28,352 nucleotides of DNA from Gammaproteobacteria bacterium. GTDB taxonomy: Bacteria > Pseudomonadota > Gammaproteobacteria > Natronospirales > REEB76. Position numbers and translations under genes: made by a program. How positions within the stretch are numbered: the stretch's first letter is position 1; each line of letters starts with the position of its first letter. Below are positions 25,073 to 28,352 of this stretch, in pieces. The stretch lies in NCBI GenBank assembly GCA_035946515.1, contig DASYZF010000329.1, forward strand, positions 1-28,352. The letters are read 5' to 3'. The notes below the pieces were generated by a model, which had not been told where the DNA came from, made no database searches, and saw nothing but the letters and a program-made list of their open reading frames with translations.

Positions 25073-25750
25073 ATGCGCGTACTCATCATAGAAGACGACG
25101 CCGACACCGCGGCGCAGCTCGGTTCCGCCCTGGAGGGTGCCGGTCACGAGGCGGAGCACGCCGCCGACGGCGAGCGGGGCCTGGAGCGGGCCCGCTCAGG
25201 AGGGCACGACGCCCTCATCGTGGACCGCATGCTGCCGAAGCTGGACGGGCTCTCCCTGGTGCGCACGTTGCGCGCCGAGGGCCGCGGCGTGCCGGTGCTG
25301 TTCCTCACGGCGCTCGACCAGGTGGACGAGCGCGTCTCCGGGCTCGAGGGCGGCGGCGACGACTACCTGGTGAAGCCCTTCGCCTTCAGCGAACTCCTGG
25401 CCCGGCTGCAGGCCTTGCTGCGCCGGCGCGGGGCAGAGGCGGCCGAGACCCGGCTCAAGGTGGCCGATCTCGAGCTGGACCGGCTCAAGCGGGAGGTGCG
25501 GCGCGCCGGCAAGCCCGTGACGCTGCAGGCGCGCGAGTTCCGCATGCTGGAATACCTGATGCTGCACGCGGGCGAGGTGGTGACCCGCGCCATGCTGCTG
25601 CAGGAGGTCTGGGGCTATCACTTCGACCCCCAGACCAACGTGGTGGACGTGCACGTGAGCCGGCTGCGCTCGCGCATAGACGGGGACGGGCAGACGCCCT
25701 TGTTGCACACGGTGCGCGGCACGGGATACTGCCTGCGTGAGCCGGGATAA
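25073..25750 (+). CDS. OmpR/PhoB-family response regulator
   Basis: RVLIIEDD, VDRMLP (phospho-Asp), GGDDYLVKPF, winged-helix C-terminus TNVVDVHVSRLR...HTVRGTGY. Confidence 0.95.
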   Translation: MRVLIIEDDADTAAQLGSALEGAGHEAEHAADGERGLERARSGGHDALIVDRMLPKLDGLSLVRTLRAEGRGVPVLFLTALDQVDERVSGLEGGGDDYLVKPFAFSELLARLQALLRRRGAEAAETRLKVADLELDRLKREVRRAGKPVTLQAREFRMLEYLMLHAGEVVTRAMLLQEVWGYHFDPQTNVVDVHVSRLRSRIDGDGQTPLLHTVRGTGYCLREPG

Positions 25751-27149
25751 CCGCAGCGCCTCCCCGCTCTTCCGCACCACCGCGTTCAAGCTGGCGATGG
25801 GCTACGCGGCGTTCTTCTGCCTGCTCTCCGCCGCCTGCCTGGCGCTGCTCTACTGGGTGATCACCTCCGAGCTCGACGCGCAGATCGACGCGGGTCTCAG
25901 GGCCGAGATGGCCGCGCTCACGCGGCTCTACGCCGACAAGGGGGTGGACGGCTTGCGCGGCGCGGTGGCTTCGCGCAGCACCTGGATGAGCCTCGCCGCC
26001 AGCGACACCGGCGACACCGGCCCGCGGCAGTACCTGCTCACCGACGCCGCCGGACGCGTGCTGGCCGGCACCATGAAGGACTGGCCCGCGGCGCTGCCGG
26101 CCGCGCGCGAGCGATGGGCGACGCTGCCCCTGATGCTGCCCGTGGACCAACCCGGCCTGGACGAGGACGGCCCGCAGGTGCGGGTGCGCCTCGACGCCGT
26201 GACCCTGCCCGGCGGCTACCGGCTGCTGGTGGGGCAATCCCTGAACGAGACCGACGAGCTGCGTGAGACGCTCCTCACCCTGACGTCCGCCACGGTGCTG
26301 TTCACGCTGCTCGTGGGCGCGGGCGGCGGCGCGCTCATGGGCCGTAGCGTGGTGCGGCGCCTGCAGCAGGTGACCCTGGCCGCGGACCGCATCATGACGG
26401 GCGACCTCGCCCAGCGCATCCCGGTGGAAGGCGGCCACGACGAGTACGATGCGCTCGCCGCCAAACTCAACAGCATGCTGCAGCGCATCGAGGAGCTCAT
26501 GCGGCGCACCCGGGAGGTCACGGAGAACGTGGCCCACGACCTGAGGAGCCCCTTGGGCAGGCTGCGTTCGCGCCTCGAGACCCTCTCCCGCGGCACCGGC
26601 GGCGGGGAGCGCGAAGCGCTGCAGAAGGCCATCGAGGAGACCGACCGCATCGTGGCCACCCTCAACGGCATCCTGAGCATCGCCGAGATCGGGGCGCGCT
26701 CCCGCGGCAGCTGGGAGACCCTGGACGTGACCTCGGTCTGCCGCGACGTGGCCGAACTCTACGACGCGGTGGCGGAGGAGAAACGCATCGCCCTCGGCAT
26801 CGAGCTCGCCGAGGGCGTGAAGGCCGCCGGCAACCGCCAACTGCTCGCCCAGGCGGTGAGCAACCTGCTCGACAACGCCATCAAGTACACCCCGCCCGGC
26901 GGCCGCGTCGCGCTCAGGCTCACGCCCCGGGCGGAGATCACCGTGGCGGACAGCGGTCCCGGCATCCCTGCGGAGATGCGCGGCAAGGTGCTGGAGCGCT
27001 TCGTGCGCCTGGACACGAGCCGCAGCCAGCCCGGCAACGGACTGGGCCTGAGCCTGGTGGCGGCGGTGGCGGAACACCACGGCGCCACCCTGGTGCTGGC
27101 CGACAACGGGCCGGGGCTGAAGGCAACGCTGCAGCTCACCGCGGGTTGA
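25737..27149 (+). CDS. Membrane sensor histidine kinase (2 TM, HAMP, HisKA, HATPase)
   Basis: AHDLRSPL H-box, NLLDNAIKY N-box, DSGPGI, ERFVR, GNGLGLS; overlaps the end of the response regulator. Confidence 0.94.
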   Translation: MSRDNRSASPLFRTTAFKLAMGYAAFFCLLSAACLALLYWVITSELDAQIDAGLRAEMAALTRLYADKGVDGLRGAVASRSTWMSLAASDTGDTGPRQYLLTDAAGRVLAGTMKDWPAALPAARERWATLPLMLPVDQPGLDEDGPQVRVRLDAVTLPGGYRLLVGQSLNETDELRETLLTLTSATVLFTLLVGAGGGALMGRSVVRRLQQVTLAADRIMTGDLAQRIPVEGGHDEYDALAAKLNSMLQRIEELMRRTREVTENVAHDLRSPLGRLRSRLETLSRGTGGGEREALQKAIEETDRIVATLNGILSIAEIGARSRGSWETLDVTSVCRDVAELYDAVAEEKRIALGIELAEGVKAAGNRQLLAQAVSNLLDNAIKYTPPGGRVALRLTPRAEITVADSGPGIPAEMRGKVLERFVRLDTSRSQPGNGLGLSLVAAVAEHHGATLVLADNGPGLKATLQLTAG

Positions 27150-27210
27150 GGCGCGCACCCCGGATCGACGGGGCCAGCGCATGATCGATGCACAATACGG
27201 GGAGATGGCC

Positions 27211-27903
27211 ATGACCGAACTCAGCAAGCGGGCGCGCATCGTCGGGTTCTTCTACTTGCTGCTCGCCATCGTGGGGCCCGTGCGGCTCCTCTACGTGCCC
27301 GGCAAGCTCTTCGTGCACGGGGACGCGGAGGCGACCTCCGCCAACATCCTCGCCCACGAGACGCTGTTCCGGCTCGGCATCGGCGCCGACCTCCTGGGCG
27401 CGGTGATCCTGGTGTACCTGGCGCTCGCCTTCTACCGGCTCTTCAAGGACGTGGACCAGTACCAGGCGGTGGTGCTGGTCATCACCGGCGGCGTACTCCC
27501 TGCGGCGCTCTACTTCGTGAACACCGTGAACGACGCCGCGGCGCTCGCGCTGGTGAACGGCGCGGATTACCTCGCGGTCTTCACGGAACCGCAGCGCCAC
27601 GCCCTGGCCCGCTTCTTCCTCGATCTGCACTATCTCCTGGTGGTGAGCGCCGAGGTGCTGTGGGGCCTGTGGCTCATGCCCATGGCGATCCTCACCCTCA
27701 AGTCCGGCTTCCTGCCCAAGTTCCTGGGCTGGTGGCTCATCCTGAACGGCATCTGCTACCTGCTGCAGAGCTTCACGGGAGTGTTCCTGCCGCAGTATGC
27801 AGACACCGTCTCGAACTACTCCTTCCCCTTCCAATTCGGGGAGGTGGCTTTCCTGCTGTGGCTGCTGATCTTCGGGGCGAAACAGAAGGTCGCGGCAGCC
27901 TAG
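27211..27903 (+). CDS. DUF4386-family multi-pass membrane protein
   Basis: ARIVGFFYL, T.ANILAHETLFRLGI, FWGLWL-like LWGLWLMP, FLPKFLGWWL, GEVAF.LWLLI.G; GGAG RBS before ATG 27211. Confidence 0.8.
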   Translation: MTELSKRARIVGFFYLLLAIVGPVRLLYVPGKLFVHGDAEATSANILAHETLFRLGIGADLLGAVILVYLALAFYRLFKDVDQYQAVVLVITGGVLPAALYFVNTVNDAAALALVNGADYLAVFTEPQRHALARFFLDLHYLLVVSAEVLWGLWLMPMAILTLKSGFLPKFLGWWLILNGICYLLQSFTGVFLPQYADTVSNYSFPFQFGEVAFLLWLLIFGAKQKVAAA

Positions 27904-28352
27904 GGGCGGGCCTTCGGGTTCGCGCCCAGGCGATCCTGGAGCCGCTTGCGGAAACGCCGGCTCACCGGCAGACGGTCCTTGGATCTCAGGACGACCTCGC
28001 AGGCGCCGTCTGCCTGGACCTCGAGCGCGTGGACCCGATCCAGGTTCACGATCACGGAGCGGTGGATGCGGATGAGCCGCCCGTCCCCCAGGTCCCGCTC
28101 CAGGTCGGACAGAGCCCGGCGCACGATGTGGGTCTCCTGGCCCACGTGCAGGCAGGCGTAGTAACCCGCCGCGTCGATCCAGTCGATGTCCGCCACGTCC
28201 ACGAAGATCAGCTGGCCCTTGCCCTTCACCACGAGCCGCTGCAGCGGCTGCGGCGGGGCGAGATGGGCGAGCCGCTCCTTGGCGCGGCCCAAGGCCCGGG
28301 CGAAGCGCGCGTCGTCGAAGGGCTTCAGCAGGTAATCGAGCGCCCCCGCCTC
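27900..28352 (-). CDS. LytTR-family response regulator, 3' part (5' end beyond the window)
   Basis: Open from 28352: EAGALDYLLKPFDDARF (end of receiver domain), then IDWIDAAGYYACLH, IRIHRSVIVNL, LPVSRRFR (LytTR). Confidence 0.92.
   Translation of the reverse strand, partial: EAGALDYLLKPFDDARFARALGRAKERLAHLAPPQPLQRLVVKGKGQLIFVDVADIDWIDAAGYYACLHVGQETHIVRRALSDLERDLGDGRLIRIHRSVIVNLDRVHALEVQADGACEVVLRSKDRLPVSRRFRKRLQDRLGANPKARP

Noticed and set aside
27162-27196. GATCGA(C/T)G direct repeat before DUF4386 as a LytTR site
   Set aside because: The 20-bp period and GC-rich sequence do not match typical LytTR boxes, and it would sit inside the putative promoter spacer; too weak.

Overview
GC-rich gammaproteobacterial-type chromosomal region with no mobile element or CRISPR array. 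From left to right: (1) the 5' end of tuf with its tRNA-Tyr/Gly/Thr operon, sigma70 promoter and a Fis-like site; (2) a phosphate-economy cluster containing a stand-alone pstS, a phosphate-starvation-type porin, ppk1, and a probable olsB-olsA-phoU-ppx operon, with three clear PhoB-type promoters and one degenerate one read directly from the DNA; (3) a DUF3307 + UBP-type zinc-finger pair; (4) alpha-2-macroglobulin + pbpC; (5) a TolC-MFP-RND efflux operon divergent from an OmpR-family two-component system; (6) DUF4386 convergent with a partial LytTR regulator. Signals not explained by the ORF track: a tandem pair of ~80-nt structured non-coding units with compensatory base changes (2370-2557) and a possible third copy (~10300-10353); an unannotated 48-aa Arg-rich ORF converging on them; an efflux adaptor that appears to lack both halves of its lipoyl domain; and several apparently leaderless genes. 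Family calls come from motif recognition by eye, not from database searches.
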